Positions 1-10,283 of a DNA stretch of 64,000 nucleotides are shown piece after piece (position 1 is the first letter of the stretch; each line of letters begins with the position of its first letter). A program made the position numbers and the translations under genes. The DNA comes from an uncultured Candidatus Sumerlaeota bacterium (lineage in GTDB: Bacteria; Sumerlaeota; Sumerlaeia; SLMS01; JAHLLQ01). The stretch covers positions 52 through 64,051 of the forward strand of contig CAZOKZ010000013.1 of NCBI GenBank assembly GCA_964580585.1, in the 5' to 3' direction. The notes under the pieces were generated by a model, which searched no databases, was not told where the DNA came from, and saw only the letters and a list, made by a program, of their open reading frames with translations.

Positions 1-3000
1 ATGGTGGCAATGCCGGGATCGAACGCGCTCGAAATCGAAAACCGCGTCACGCGACCAATGGAAAAATTGCTCTATGAAATTCCCGGTGTCGAATATGTGT
101 ATTCCACGTCGCAGGAAGGCCAAAGTCTGGCCATCGTGCGTTTTTACGTTGGCGAGGACATCGAGGATTCCATCGTCAAGCTGAACCAGAAGTTGCAAAC
201 CAACTTCGACCGCATTCCGCACGGTGTTTCGGCGCCGCTCGTTAAGCCGCGTTCCATCGACGATGTGCCGATTCTGGCCGTCACGTTTCACAGCGACGCG
301 TACGATCACTACACGTTGCGGCAACTCGCCGTGCAGGTGCACGAAAGCATCGCGCAAGTCAAAGACGTGGCCGAAACGCAAATCATTGGCGGTGCGCATC
401 GCCAGGTGCGCGTGCTGCTCGATCCCTCGAAACTCGCCGCGCGCAACCTGAGCGTTGCGGGCATCGTGCCGATGCTCCAGCAGGCTAATCGCCAACTGGT
501 TTCCGGTGGCGTGACGACGGACGACCAGGAAGTGCTCGTCGAAACGGGCGCCTTTTTGCGCGACGAACAAGACGTGGCGAACGTTGTGGTTGGCGTGTTC
601 AACGGACGACCCGTGTACCTGCGCGATGTGGCTACCGTAACCGACGGGCCGGAAGAACCCACGCAATACGTCCTGTTTGGCCAAGGCGCGGCGACCGCGT
701 CCCTTGCGCACGAACAACCTGCCGTGACAATCACCGTTGCCAAGCGCCCCGGCACCAACGCCGTGGTGGTGGCCGACCGTGTGCTGGAAAAAAGCGAGAC
801 GTTACGGGGACGGAGCATTCCCTCCGATGTCGAAATGACCATCACACGTCATTATGGACGCACCGCAGCGGAAAAATCCGACGAACTGTTGCTGCACATG
901 GGCATTGCGGTGCTCAGCGTCGCGATCCTGATCATGCTGATGCTCGGTTGGCGTGAGGCAGGCATCGTTGCGCTGGCGATTCCCTCGACGCTTGCGCTGA
1001 CGTTGCTCACGTTTTACCTGACGGGCTACACGTTGAACCGTATCACGTTGTTCGCGTTGATTTTCTCGATCGGTATTCTTGTCGATGATGCGATCGTGGT
1101 TGTGGAGAACATTGTGCGGCACTATCATCTGCCGCATCATCGTGGGCGTTCCATGGCGAGTATGGCGATCGAGGCCGTTGCCGAAGTGGGCAACCCGACA
1201 GTGCTCGCGACGTGGGCTGTCATCGCAGCCATCGCGCCGATGGCCTTTGTTGGCGGGTTGATGGGGCCTTACATGCGTCCGATCCCCGTCGGCGCCAGCG
1301 CCGCGATGTTCTTCTCGCTCGTCATTGCGTTCATTGTTACGCCATGGGCCGCGATCCGGTTGCTCAAAGATAACAACGGCAATGTGCCCGGCGAGATCGA
1401 CGAATCGACTCCGTCCCCCCACGCGAACATCGAACACGACGAAGATTTTTTCACACGCCTTTATCGTCGAATCATGGGTCCGATTATTCATCATCCCCTC
1501 GTGCGTTGGTTGTTTCTGATTTCCATCACCGCGTTGTTTGGCGCGGCATGTTATTTGGTCGTCAACGGCGCAGTGAAAGTTAAAATGCTGCCCTTCGACA
1601 ACAAGAACGAATTCCAGATTATCCTCAATATGCCCGAGGGCAGTTCGCTCGAACGCACCACGCAAGCCGCGCGCGAAATCGCCGCCGCCGTGCGTGTTGA
1701 ACCCGAAGTCACGGACTACCAGGTTTACGCGGGAACCGCAGCGCCGTTTAATTTCAATGGCCTCGTGCGCCACTATTATATGCGGCAAGGTGCGCATGTC
1801 GCCGATTTGCAAATCAACTTGCTTGGCAAGCACGAACGCGTTGCACAGAGCCACGCTATCGCGTTGCGAGTCCGTCCCCGCGTGGCGAAAATTGCCGAAA
1901 AATACGGCGCGCGTGTTGCCGTTGCCGAAGTCCCTCCTGGCCCGCCTGTACTGCAAACGCTCGTCGCGGAAATTTACGGACCCACGCCCGAAGCCCGCAT
2001 GGCGCTCGCCGAAAAAGTGCGCGATATCTTCCGCAATACCGAAGGCGTCGTTGACATCGATTGGTACGTCGAAGCCGACCAGCCCAAAACGCGTTTCGTG
2101 ATCGACAAAGAAAAAGCCGCGCTGCACGGCATCAGCGCCTCGACCATTTCGCAAACGTTGCAAATCGCCGTCGCGGGGCAATCCATCGACCTTGTGCATA
2201 TGCCGCAACAACGCGAGGACGTGAACCTTGTGCTGGAAATGCCGCGCGAATTGCGCAACTCGCCCGAAGAACTGCTCGCCCTGCGCGTGCGGTCTGGCGA
2301 TGCGAACGCATTGCCGGAACCAGGACCCGTCTCCGTCCCTCCGCTCGTGCCGATGCGCGAACTCGTGCATCTCGAACGCGGCATTGCGGACAAAAGCATC
2401 TACCACAAAAACCTGATGCCGGTAACGTATGTTACTGCTGATGTGGCGGGCACTATTGAAAGTCCCGTTTACGCGATTCAACAAATCAACCACGAGTTTG
2501 CAAAATTGCGCGCCGCCGATTTCGGAGGGACGGAGGGCAACGTTGGGCTTTACAACCTCTTCATGCCGTTCACCGATCAGCAACCCGCCATCAAGTGGGA
2601 TGGCGAGTGGCAGATCACGCTCGAAGTATTCCGTGATCTTGGCATCGCGTTTGTCGCCGCGTTGATCCTGATTTACGTGCTCATGGTCGGGTGGTTTCGT
2701 TCGTTCGTCGTGCCGCTTGTCGTTATGGCCGCGATCCCGTTTTCGCTCGTCGGAATTTTGCCTGCGCACGCGGCGATGGGTGCGTTTTTCAGCGCCACGT
2801 CGATGATCGGTTTCATGGCGGGAGCGGGCATTGTCGTGCGCAATTCGATCATCCTCGTCGATTTCATCGAGTTGCGCCGCCGCGAAGGCATGCCGCTTGC
2901 CGAAGCCGTCATCGACGCGGGCGCCGTGCGTTTCCGGCCCATGCTGCTGACCGCGCTGGCCGTCGTCGTAGGCGCCGCCGTGATTTTATTCGACCCGATT

Positions 3001-3111
3001 TTCCAAGGCCTCGCGCTCTCGCTTATGGCGGGCGAAGTCGCCTCGCTGCTCATCAGCCGCATGGCCGTGCCGGTGCTGTACTCGATGGTGGGGACGGTGG
3101 AAAAACAATAA
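1..3111 (+). CDS. RND efflux transporter permease (AcrB/CzcA family), 5' partial
   Basis: 1036-aa ORF running in from the window edge. Twelve-TM architecture with two large periplasmic loops; typical HAE/HME-RND sequence (GxxxD, '[11 protein letters not shown]' TM4 motif). Stop TAA at 3109-3111. Confidence 0.85.
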   Translation: MVAMPGSNALEIENRVTRPMEKLLYEIPGVEYVYSTSQEGQSLAIVRFYVGEDIEDSIVKLNQKLQTNFDRIPHGVSAPLVKPRSIDDVPILAVTFHSDAYDHYTLRQLAVQVHESIAQVKDVAETQIIGGAHRQVRVLLDPSKLAARNLSVAGIVPMLQQANRQLVSGGVTTDDQEVLVETGAFLRDEQDVANVVVGVFNGRPVYLRDVATVTDGPEEPTQYVLFGQGAATASLAHEQPAVTITVAKRPGTNAVVVADRVLEKSETLRGRSIPSDVEMTITRHYGRTAAEKSDELLLHMGIAVLSVAILIMLMLGWREAGIVALAIPSTLALTLLTFYLTGYTLNRITLFALIFSIGILVDDAIVVVENIVRHYHLPHHRGRSMASMAIEAVAEVGNPTVLATWAVIAAIAPMAFVGGLMGPYMRPIPVGASAAMFFSLVIAFIVTPWAAIRLLKDNNGNVPGEIDESTPSPHANIEHDEDFFTRLYRRIMGPIIHHPLVRWLFLISITALFGAACYLVVNGAVKVKMLPFDNKNEFQIILNMPEGSSLERTTQAAREIAAAVRVEPEVTDYQVYAGTAAPFNFNGLVRHYYMRQGAHVADLQINLLGKHERVAQSHAIALRVRPRVAKIAEKYGARVAVAEVPPGPPVLQTLVAEIYGPTPEARMALAEKVRDIFRNTEGVVDIDWYVEADQPKTRFVIDKEKAALHGISASTISQTLQIAVAGQSIDLVHMPQQREDVNLVLEMPRELRNSPEELLALRVRSGDANALPEPGPVSVPPLVPMRELVHLERGIADKSIYHKNLMPVTYVTADVAGTIESPVYAIQQINHEFAKLRAADFGGTEGNVGLYNLFMPFTDQQPAIKWDGEWQITLEVFRDLGIAFVAALILIYVLMVGWFRSFVVPLVVMAAIPFSLVGILPAHAAMGAFFSATSMIGFMAGAGIVVRNSIILVDFIELRRREGMPLAEAVIDAGAVRFRPMLLTALAVVVGAAVILFDPIFQGLALSLMAGEVASLLISRMAVPVLYSMVGTVEKQ

Positions 3112-3184
3112 CCGCGAAGCCACCAAGGCGCGAAGGAAGGCGAAGACAAAGTTCTTTGCGAATCTTTGCGTCTTTGCGGTGAAG
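3112..3184. repeat. structured octamer-arm repeat family, degenerate copy
   Basis: CGCGAAGGAAGGCGAAGACAAAG ... TTCTTTGCGAATCTTTGCGTCTTTGCGGTGAAG. Shares the CTTTGYGAATCTTTGCG linker with the copy at 4441. Confidence 0.5.
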
Positions 3185-3265
3185 TATTTATTTCTCTCTC
3201 GAAGCAACAACTCTTGCCGCCTCGGCGTTTACAAATGAAGACTCTTTTCTGGCCGAGGCCGCACG

Positions 3266-4264
3266 ATGTCCCTTTACTTGCTCGAGAAACCCGCCATGTC
3301 GCCCATTACGGTTCATGAAGCTACTTCCCGCTACGACGACGGCGTGCGCGCGCTCTTTCGCGCTGCGCATGTGCCGATTGATGGCGCGTTTTGGGCGCGG
3401 GCGTTTTCGCCCGATAACCCCGGCGGCACGGCCAGCCAACCGCTCGTTGCCGTGGACGAAGAAACCGGCGCGGTCGAAGGTTTTTTGTGCGCGCGACCGA
3501 TCAAACTTCATTTCGAGGGCGAGTTTGTCGATGCGCAGGTGCTGCACGATTTTGTTCTGCGTTCGGGTCCTGCCGATTTGGGGTCGGCGGGACATGCGAT
3601 GATTCGCGAAGCGCTCACTCGGGCGGAAATGACAATCGTTGCGGGGGCGGGGACGGCACTGACACCTGTGCTCGAGGCCGAAGGGTTTTTGCTCGCCGGT
3701 TTTTTTTCGCGCATGCGATTCGATCCCGTCGATGGCGATTCTGCGCGACCCGACATGACGTTGCCGTTTGTATTTTCACGCGCCGACGATTTTCCTCCAG
3801 CGCTCGAAAAACTCAACCAGGCGCATCTGACTGAAAAACGCATCTTTCGGATGCGCGATTTTTCTCAACGCACCTGGCTCTTTGCGGGACCTGCGCCGGA
3901 GTTTGAAATCCTGATCGCCGCGGAAGACAGTCCGATCGATGCTTACGTGGTGTTGCGCACCGTGACGGGGCGGTTTGGTCCGGAACTCCATGTCGTCGAT
4001 TTTGCGTGTCCGATTCATGCCGCCAAACGCCTGTCGCTCGCGTTGCGAGAACTAGCTCACGAACGCCAGCAAACGCTCTACGTCAGTTTTTTCGGCCGTG
4101 CCTGGAACGATGTCTTTATGAGCGCAGGTTTTCAACTCTTGCGCGCGCGATGGGCGCTGCAATTTCAGATGCGCGATCCCCGGCAACGCGCCATTTCCGG
4201 TGCGCTGATGCGTTCCGAGTCCTGGTTCTTCACGCCCGCAGACGGGGAAATCGATCACTGGTAA
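3266..4264 (+). CDS. hypothetical protein (possible acyl-CoA N-acyltransferase-like fold)
   Basis: 332-aa ORF, ATG at 3266 with GAGG 8 nt upstream; high-GC codon usage. Followed by a rho-independent terminator at 4369-4403. No motif I can name confidently. Confidence 0.5.
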   Translation: MSLYLLEKPAMSPITVHEATSRYDDGVRALFRAAHVPIDGAFWARAFSPDNPGGTASQPLVAVDEETGAVEGFLCARPIKLHFEGEFVDAQVLHDFVLRSGPADLGSAGHAMIREALTRAEMTIVAGAGTALTPVLEAEGFLLAGFFSRMRFDPVDGDSARPDMTLPFVFSRADDFPPALEKLNQAHLTEKRIFRMRDFSQRTWLFAGPAPEFEILIAAEDSPIDAYVVLRTVTGRFGPELHVVDFACPIHAAKRLSLALRELAHERQQTLYVSFFGRAWNDVFMSAGFQLLRARWALQFQMRDPRQRAISGALMRSESWFFTPADGEIDHW

Positions 4265-4275
4265 AAGGAAGAGCA

Positions 4276-4487
4276 AACCACAGAGGCACGGAGACACAGA
4301 GGAATCACGGAGGGAAAATATTTAACGCAGAGACGCAAAGACGCGGAGAATATTTTTAAACAATAAGCGGGACGGAGTCATTGTTTGCTCCGTCCCTTTT
4401 TTTAAACTCTGCGTCGCTGCGCCTCTGCGCGAGAAAAAAACTTTGTGAATCTTTGCGGTCCCTCTGTGTCTCCGTGCCTCTGTGGTT
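4276..4487. repeat. structured octamer-arm repeat family (CACAGAGG flavour) with nested inner arms (CGCAGAG flavour)
   Basis: Outer arms AACCACAGAGGCACGGAGACACAGAGG... / CCCTCTGTGTCTCCGTGCCTCTGTGGTT. Inner arms CGCAGAGACGCAAAGACGCGGAG / CTCTGCGTCGCTGCGCCTCTGCGCG. A terminator sits in the centre. Confidence 0.7.
4369..4403 (+). terminator. rho-independent terminator nested inside repeat element
   Basis: GGGACGGAG-TCATTGTTTG-CTCCGTCCC hairpin followed by T7. Confidence 0.75.
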
Positions 4488-4496
4488 AAATAATAC

Positions 4497-6422
4497 TCAC
4501 CACGCCGAGGCAGAGGCCGACGCGTTTTCGTCCGCTTCGTACAGGTCCTTGACATTGACCGCTTCGCCGAAGTTCGCCCACAGCAGGCACAGATTATACC
4601 GATGAAACTCGTCGTCCGAAGGAAACTTCTGCGGGCGCGGATCTTTGTCCTTCAGGAAATTTGTCACCGTGCGGGTGACGACGGCGCCGGGGCACTTTTT
4701 CGTCAGCTTTTCTAAAAACGCCCGTGCGGCTTCGTTGGCATCCGCATGTTTGTCTCCCATTGCTGCAACCCAGTCGATGGTCCCTTCGCGCAGGCGGAAC
4801 AACATTGTGGGTTCCTTGCAAAATAAATCCACCGTTGGCTCGCGGTCGATCCGTCCACAACTGATCAAACGGATATGTTCCCACTTGGCTTTTTTCACAC
4901 CGCGATTGGTGTGCATGCGTAATCCCGGATCGAGCACGTCGAATTTATGCACGTCGTGGCATGGATCGGGGCAGAGTGAGGGGTCCATGGCGACGAAGAG
5001 AAAATTCTGGCGAACCTTGCGCAGATGCGGGTACATCTCGATCAGGTCATCGTAACTCAATCCCTCGCGCAAAATGCCTTTTCGTTCAATGATGGCCTTG
5101 CGGGCTTCGCCTTCAGAGAGTTTTTCGGTCGCCTTTACCACTTCGACCACTTGATCCATGCTGATTTTCACGCCGCCCTGGGCCAGCAACATGGCGAATT
5201 CCAACGAGCGGAATCGTTCGTTCGGTCGGTCCGTGCGTCCGATGGTGGCGGGGGTTGGGTCTTGTTGATATTTTTCAATCGGTTGGCGATGTTTGTCGCG
5301 TGCCCATCCCGTGGTGCCACCGGGCAGATCGTCGCGCTGACCCGGCATCGGGAATTTTTTGATCACATCGCGCGAGCCGATGGAAAGCGGCGGGGTGTCT
5401 TCGTACATGTCGAAGTGACCCTTCAAATTCTCAGAGTCCTCGGCATATTCTTCCGGCAGCCCACCGGGATGTTCGAGTCCCAGAGGCGGGCCGAAAAAAT
5501 CATCCGAAATTTGATCGGCCGACAGCGGCTCGTCCTTGCGCGGAAGCGAAGACTTTACCGGTTCGGGTGCTTTACGCTCGGTTTTGATGGGCTCCGTCAC
5601 GCCCGGCAGATGCGAATCGAATGCGAGAGGCGGGTTGAAAAAGTCATCATCAACTTTTGGCGCCTCAAACGCATTGCTGGCGCGTGACGGCGCTTCGTTT
5701 AATTTCGGAGCCGCCATCGTTGCATCGTTGTCGGCATGGCCGAAATCGATTGCTAACGCCTCGTCTTCTTCCGCTTTGGCAGGTTTTTCTTCATCATCTG
5801 AAAGATACAAACCAGAGCCTAAATCAACAGCGGAACCACCCGAGCCGTCTTTGAAATTGTGGTCCGTCGAAATCAGTGCGCCGTAATCCGATTCCGTCGG
5901 CAGCGAATTAATATCTCGATGTTGTTCTGCCGCATCGGCGAACAAATTGACGGAGGAACCTTCGGGTTCCGTTGCGGGGGGTGGAGATTTTCGCCGCTCA
6001 AGAGTCTTGGCATCCGGCACACCCTTGCCGTCCGGCAATCGTTGCAAAATTCCACGGGCGTCCTGGGCATCGTTGGCCGAGGGGTTGGAGGCCAGGAAGT
6101 CCTCCAGATACGAACGGCATTTTTTATAATCTTTCACCCGGTAAGAAATATGTCCCGCGCCGCGCAAACTGACCTTATACGATTCGTGCTCGTCGCCCAC
6201 ATCGATAATGCTCTCGTACGCTTGCAGCGCCAGTCGCGGTTCATTTCCTAATTCGAGCAAACGGGCCAGATCGAACTGGAAATGACCATCGAGCATCAGA
6301 TCGGGGTCCACCCGAAGCGCATCCTCATAGGCGCGCGCCGCCTGCAGGCTTTCGCGCATGAAAATAGCACGATTCAGCTCTGCAATCAGTTCCTCTTTTC
6401 GGCTCGTTCCGCTCGACGACAT
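4497..6422 (-). CDS. TPR-repeat protein with acidic low-complexity linker and conserved C-terminal domain
   Basis: 641 aa. N-terminal TPR-like helices (AYEDALRVDP..., LALQAYESII), a long D/E/P-rich linker, and a Cys/His-containing C-terminal domain. Convergent with the upstream gene. Confidence 0.6.
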   Translation of the reverse strand: MSSSGTSRKEELIAELNRAIFMRESLQAARAYEDALRVDPDLMLDGHFQFDLARLLELGNEPRLALQAYESIIDVGDEHESYKVSLRGAGHISYRVKDYKKCRSYLEDFLASNPSANDAQDARGILQRLPDGKGVPDAKTLERRKSPPPATEPEGSSVNLFADAAEQHRDINSLPTESDYGALISTDHNFKDGSGGSAVDLGSGLYLSDDEEKPAKAEEDEALAIDFGHADNDATMAAPKLNEAPSRASNAFEAPKVDDDFFNPPLAFDSHLPGVTEPIKTERKAPEPVKSSLPRKDEPLSADQISDDFFGPPLGLEHPGGLPEEYAEDSENLKGHFDMYEDTPPLSIGSRDVIKKFPMPGQRDDLPGGTTGWARDKHRQPIEKYQQDPTPATIGRTDRPNERFRSLEFAMLLAQGGVKISMDQVVEVVKATEKLSEGEARKAIIERKGILREGLSYDDLIEMYPHLRKVRQNFLFVAMDPSLCPDPCHDVHKFDVLDPGLRMHTNRGVKKAKWEHIRLISCGRIDREPTVDLFCKEPTMLFRLREGTIDWVAAMGDKHADANEAARAFLEKLTKKCPGAVVTRTVTNFLKDKDPRPQKFPSDDEFHRYNLCLLWANFGEAVNVKDLYEADENASASASAW

Positions 6423-6594
6423 AAGATATTCCTGCTTTCCGAAACTAATACGTGGAAATGCTGCGCTCCCTATCTAACATATTTACGCGATCGAATGCGC
6501 CGATTCAAGTGCAAACCCCCTGGATTTTGCAAATGATTATTGAAATCAACCACCAGAATACGTGCCCGGACCGGCTCGGGTTTCCAATTAAGCA

Positions 6595-8484
6595 TCAAAA
6601 TCGTGGATTGTACAGGATAGCGATGCCATTGTTGTTGTATTGGAATTTCCAGTCTCGACCGAGCAAGTCCACGATATGCGAGTTGTCGGCATTCAGGATG
6701 AGCATGTCGAATTTCTCCTCCAACGTTGGATCGTCGAGTTGGAACGAGGACACCTTGTTTTTCAACGCCGGACGGTATAGCAGAGTCTCCATCAAATCCG
6801 GATGAATATTTCCTATGCGGACGTTTTCCGGAACCTCGGCCAGCGCCAACCCGCGATAGAAATCCCGCATGGTCGATTGGGGAAAGTGCGATTGGAAGAC
6901 ATCCTGAGCGATCAGGTAATTGCGTCCCCGGCGTTCGGCTTCCTGCCGGGCGGAAAAATGGAAAATATCGCGTTGGGCATCCAGGATGAAAAACGGCAGC
7001 ATCACCGTGCCAAAGATGAACCAAAAACTGACAAGCAGATTGCGGAGCTTACAACTGGGGAGCGCTTCGAGAAAGGCCCAATATGCCAAGGGAGACAACG
7101 CAATGGCGAACAACACATAACGTGCCCACCAATTGCTGGGCATCAGGAAAAATAATCCCAGACAAGCACTCAGAAGGAACGCACGCTGCCATTGACGTTT
7201 GAGCAAGGAAGCCACCAGCCCCAGACCCCATCCCGCCAATCCCAGCCAAAAAAACAGGTAACCGAACCCTCCCAGGCGGGAAGTAAACAGATACCCGCCG
7301 TTGTCCAGCACGCGAACACTTCCCCATAGTTGCCCCAACTTCGACTTTCCGGCGATCGATTCGGGAATGCCCACCGACATGATTTCCGTTGGCTTGTAAA
7401 CACCGGGAAATTCCAGCCCACCCACGTGAATTTCTATCGGGTAGAGAGGATTGCCTTTCGCTGCCCAGTTCCAGATCCACCAGTACGACGAAAGCGCCAG
7501 CCCCATCGCCGCCCAAAGGCTAACCATCCCAGCAACGCGTTTCCATCCAGGCCAGCGGTGGATCAACGTCCCGCTCCACAAGGCAAACAGGACGAATGCG
7601 TAGAGCATGCCGTTGCCTTTCAGGCCCAGGAGCATGGCCGCTGCCAATCCTGCAACAGCTCCGAGTCGCCCAGGTGTTTCCGACTCGCGGGATTGTACCA
7701 ACGCCGCCAATCCGGTCAAAAAAACCGAGGCCACATTGATGTCGATATCGCCGGTGTCGCGAATGAGGGTGATAACGAAAACGGGCGCCATCAGCGCACT
7801 GGCCGCCAATGCCGCTGCCGAACCGGAGGACGCCTTCCACGCGCGAAGCATGCTGTAAACCGATGCGACGATCACGATCGAGTGCATCCATGGCAGCATG
7901 CGTGCGGGTGTGTCCCAGCCAGAAACCGCCAACATCCACGCGGCAATGATTTCTCCGTTTTTCGGATAGTGAACCACCGCCCAGGATACCGAAGGCAAAT
8001 CCAATAATCGTCCTTCCTGGAGGAACATCAGGCTGATGGGGCGATGATATTGAAATGTGTCCCAGGCGCTGGCGGGGTAAAGAAACGTATAAAATCCCAG
8101 GTAAATCAGGCCACTTGCCAAAACGAAAACCGCGCTCCAAAACAACGGATCTTCCGGCCATCCGGGCCAGGTTTGTCGTAAACGTTCCCAGAAATTGGGA
8201 CGAATCGCGACAAAAAGGCTCGAAACCAGAACCGCGAGCAACGGCAAGGCGAAAAATAATCCCCGAGAGTACCAACCCGTCAGCGAAAGCACCTCGGCGC
8301 CCAGGATGATCGCCGTGTTCCAGGCCAAAAAGGCTACCGCGAAACAAAGGCTCCATCGCGAGTCAGGCAGCCATCGTCGAACAAGCAGGCTGGAACCAAA
8401 CCAGGCGGCAAGAAACAGGAATAGCGTCGCGCCGACGCTAGAAGCAACTTCCGGAGGAAACGGTTTCATCTGGAAAATCCTCAC
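6595..8484 (-). CDS. polytopic membrane protein, possible GT-C fold glycosyltransferase (ArnT/PMT-like)
   Basis: 629 aa with more than 12 predicted TM helices and large loops. Sequence composition resembles GT39/GT83 family membrane glycosyltransferases; the function is inferred only from architecture. Confidence 0.5.
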   Translation of the reverse strand: MRIFQMKPFPPEVASSVGATLFLFLAAWFGSSLLVRRWLPDSRWSLCFAVAFLAWNTAIILGAEVLSLTGWYSRGLFFALPLLAVLVSSLFVAIRPNFWERLRQTWPGWPEDPLFWSAVFVLASGLIYLGFYTFLYPASAWDTFQYHRPISLMFLQEGRLLDLPSVSWAVVHYPKNGEIIAAWMLAVSGWDTPARMLPWMHSIVIVASVYSMLRAWKASSGSAAALAASALMAPVFVITLIRDTGDIDINVASVFLTGLAALVQSRESETPGRLGAVAGLAAAMLLGLKGNGMLYAFVLFALWSGTLIHRWPGWKRVAGMVSLWAAMGLALSSYWWIWNWAAKGNPLYPIEIHVGGLEFPGVYKPTEIMSVGIPESIAGKSKLGQLWGSVRVLDNGGYLFTSRLGGFGYLFFWLGLAGWGLGLVASLLKRQWQRAFLLSACLGLFFLMPSNWWARYVLFAIALSPLAYWAFLEALPSCKLRNLLVSFWFIFGTVMLPFFILDAQRDIFHFSARQEAERRGRNYLIAQDVFQSHFPQSTMRDFYRGLALAEVPENVRIGNIHPDLMETLLYRPALKNKVSSFQLDDPTLEEKFDMLILNADNSHIVDLLGRDWKFQYNNNGIAILYNPRF

Positions 8485-8632
8485 TCACTCTATCCGTACC
8501 CAATGTGTTGAGTTCGCCCTGCCAGTCTGTGTGCGCAAGGTGGAAATTCCCGATTTCACCTTGCGGGAACGGATCATTCGTGACGCAATGAATCAGGTTT
8601 TCCACACCATTTCCATCTATTGAGTTGGTCCG

Positions 8633-10147
8633 ATGCTCGAACAGATCGATCCCAAGCTGAAAATCGAAAAAGAGCATTACCTTCAGGCATTGCCCAGTCT
8701 GAAAACCGGGTTGCGTGAATTGCAGCAGCGCGCCCGCGAAGCAGGAATTCCAATTATCATTCTGCTGGAAGGTTGGGATACCTCGGGCAAAGGCGACGCC
8801 ATCCAACATGTGACAGAAGTTCTCGATCCTCGTGGGTTTGAAGTGCATTATATCGCACTTCCCACGGAGGAGGAACTCGCTTTTCCATGGTTGCGGCGTT
8901 TCTGGGTTCGTTTGCCGCACAGAGGTCAGTTCGGAATTTTCGAGCGATCCTGGTACACACGCGTTCTCCAACGGCGTGTCGAGGGTCAGGTATCCACGCG
9001 CGATTGGAAACGAGCTTACCGTGAAATCAACGAAACCGAGCGTCAACTGACCGACGACGGGGCGTTGATCATCAAATTCTGGCTGCATATCTCGGAAAAA
9101 GAACAGCGTAAACGTTTGAAAGCCGCAGAGCGAAACCCTTTCCGCCGATTTACCGTCACAAGCGAGGAGTGGCGTCGTCACGCCCATTACAAGGACTACT
9201 TCCATGCCGCCGACGAAATGATCCGGCGCACTTCAACACCACAGGCGCCGTGGATTGTGATCGAAGCGGGAAGCAAACGGTTCCGCCGATTGAAAGTTTT
9301 GCAGGAAATCAGCCGTACGGTGACCGAACGGCTGGAAATCTACGAGGAGCAACAACGTCTGGAGCCACGCGAACCTCGGAAAAATGGCTCGTCTGACAAC
9401 GGAAACGGGGCCAACGCCCAATCGCCACTCGGCAGCGTGGACTTAACACTTTCGCTCGACCGTGAAACGTACCGCCAGCGAATGAAGGACGGCCAGGTGC
9501 GCTTGTCCCAGCTTCAACAACGCGCCCACCACAAAGGCGTTCCCATGGCGATTGTTTACGAAGGCTGGGACGCGGCGGGCAAAGGCGGCAATATTCGTCG
9601 AATGCTGGCAACCCTCGATCCGCGCGGCTATCGCGTGATTCCCATTGGCAAACCCACCGCCGAAGAACTGGCGCACCACTATCTCTGGCGGTTCTGGAAA
9701 CACGCCCCCCATGCGGGGAACATTATGATATTCGACCGCTCGTGGTACGGGCGAGTATTGGTCGAACGCATCGAAGGGTTTTGCACCGAGCGAGAGTGGC
9801 GTCGCGCGTTTCAGGAAATTCGCGAATTTGAACGACATTGGTTGAATTCCGGAGTCGTTGTCGTCAAATTCTGGCTTCATATTTCGCCCGAGGAACAACT
9901 GCGCCGTTTTACCGCGCGGGCAGAATCCCCCGACAAGAAATGGAAATTGACAGACGAAGACTGGCGAAATCGCGAAAAGTGGAATCGCTACGTGGTTGCC
10001 GTTGACGAAATGATCCGAAAAACATCGACCCAAAAAGCGCCCTGGACCGTAATTCCCGGCAACTGCAAGCTGTGGGCGCGGGTGCAAACGATCGAGACCG
10101 TGTGCGAGGCGTATGAAGCGGCGCTCGCTCGGCACGACAAAAAGTAA
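8633..10147 (+). CDS. ppk2: two-domain polyphosphate kinase 2 (polyphosphate:AMP/nucleotide phosphotransferase type)
   Basis: 504 aa with two tandem PPK2 domains. Each has a Walker-A-like GWDxxGKG (ILLEGWDTSGKGD and VYEGWDAAGKGG) and a lid motif (WLRRFW... / YLWRFW...). Confidence 0.85.
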   Translation: MLEQIDPKLKIEKEHYLQALPSLKTGLRELQQRAREAGIPIIILLEGWDTSGKGDAIQHVTEVLDPRGFEVHYIALPTEEELAFPWLRRFWVRLPHRGQFGIFERSWYTRVLQRRVEGQVSTRDWKRAYREINETERQLTDDGALIIKFWLHISEKEQRKRLKAAERNPFRRFTVTSEEWRRHAHYKDYFHAADEMIRRTSTPQAPWIVIEAGSKRFRRLKVLQEISRTVTERLEIYEEQQRLEPREPRKNGSSDNGNGANAQSPLGSVDLTLSLDRETYRQRMKDGQVRLSQLQQRAHHKGVPMAIVYEGWDAAGKGGNIRRMLATLDPRGYRVIPIGKPTAEELAHHYLWRFWKHAPHAGNIMIFDRSWYGRVLVERIEGFCTEREWRRAFQEIREFERHWLNSGVVVVKFWLHISPEEQLRRFTARAESPDKKWKLTDEDWRNREKWNRYVVAVDEMIRKTSTQKAPWTVIPGNCKLWARVQTIETVCEAYEAALARHDKK

Positions 10148-10283
10148 CCTGTTTCCCTATCCTTTCCAATTGGCATCGATATGGCTCTCCAGAATTTGGT
10201 GGGTATGGAAACCTCCGCGGACACGTCTGGTCGCAGGGATAGGGGGTTGGGAACTCAACGATTGTTCAGGACCTTGATATTGT

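Noticed and set aside
802-2769. 655-aa ORF on minus strand
   Set aside because: Antisense to the well-supported RND transporter gene. Arg/His-rich composition typical of a spurious high-GC antisense frame.
4276-4487. Possible CRISPR array (short tandem units)
   Set aside because: The units are 8 nt, tandem without spacers, and arranged as inverted-repeat arms. No 24-48-nt repeat/spacer periodicity, and no cas genes.
10157-10250. CCCTATCC/GGATAGGG inverted repeat after ppk2
   Set aside because: Only an 8-bp core with no T-run. Opposite polarity and unrelated unit compared with the octamer-arm family. Significance unclear.
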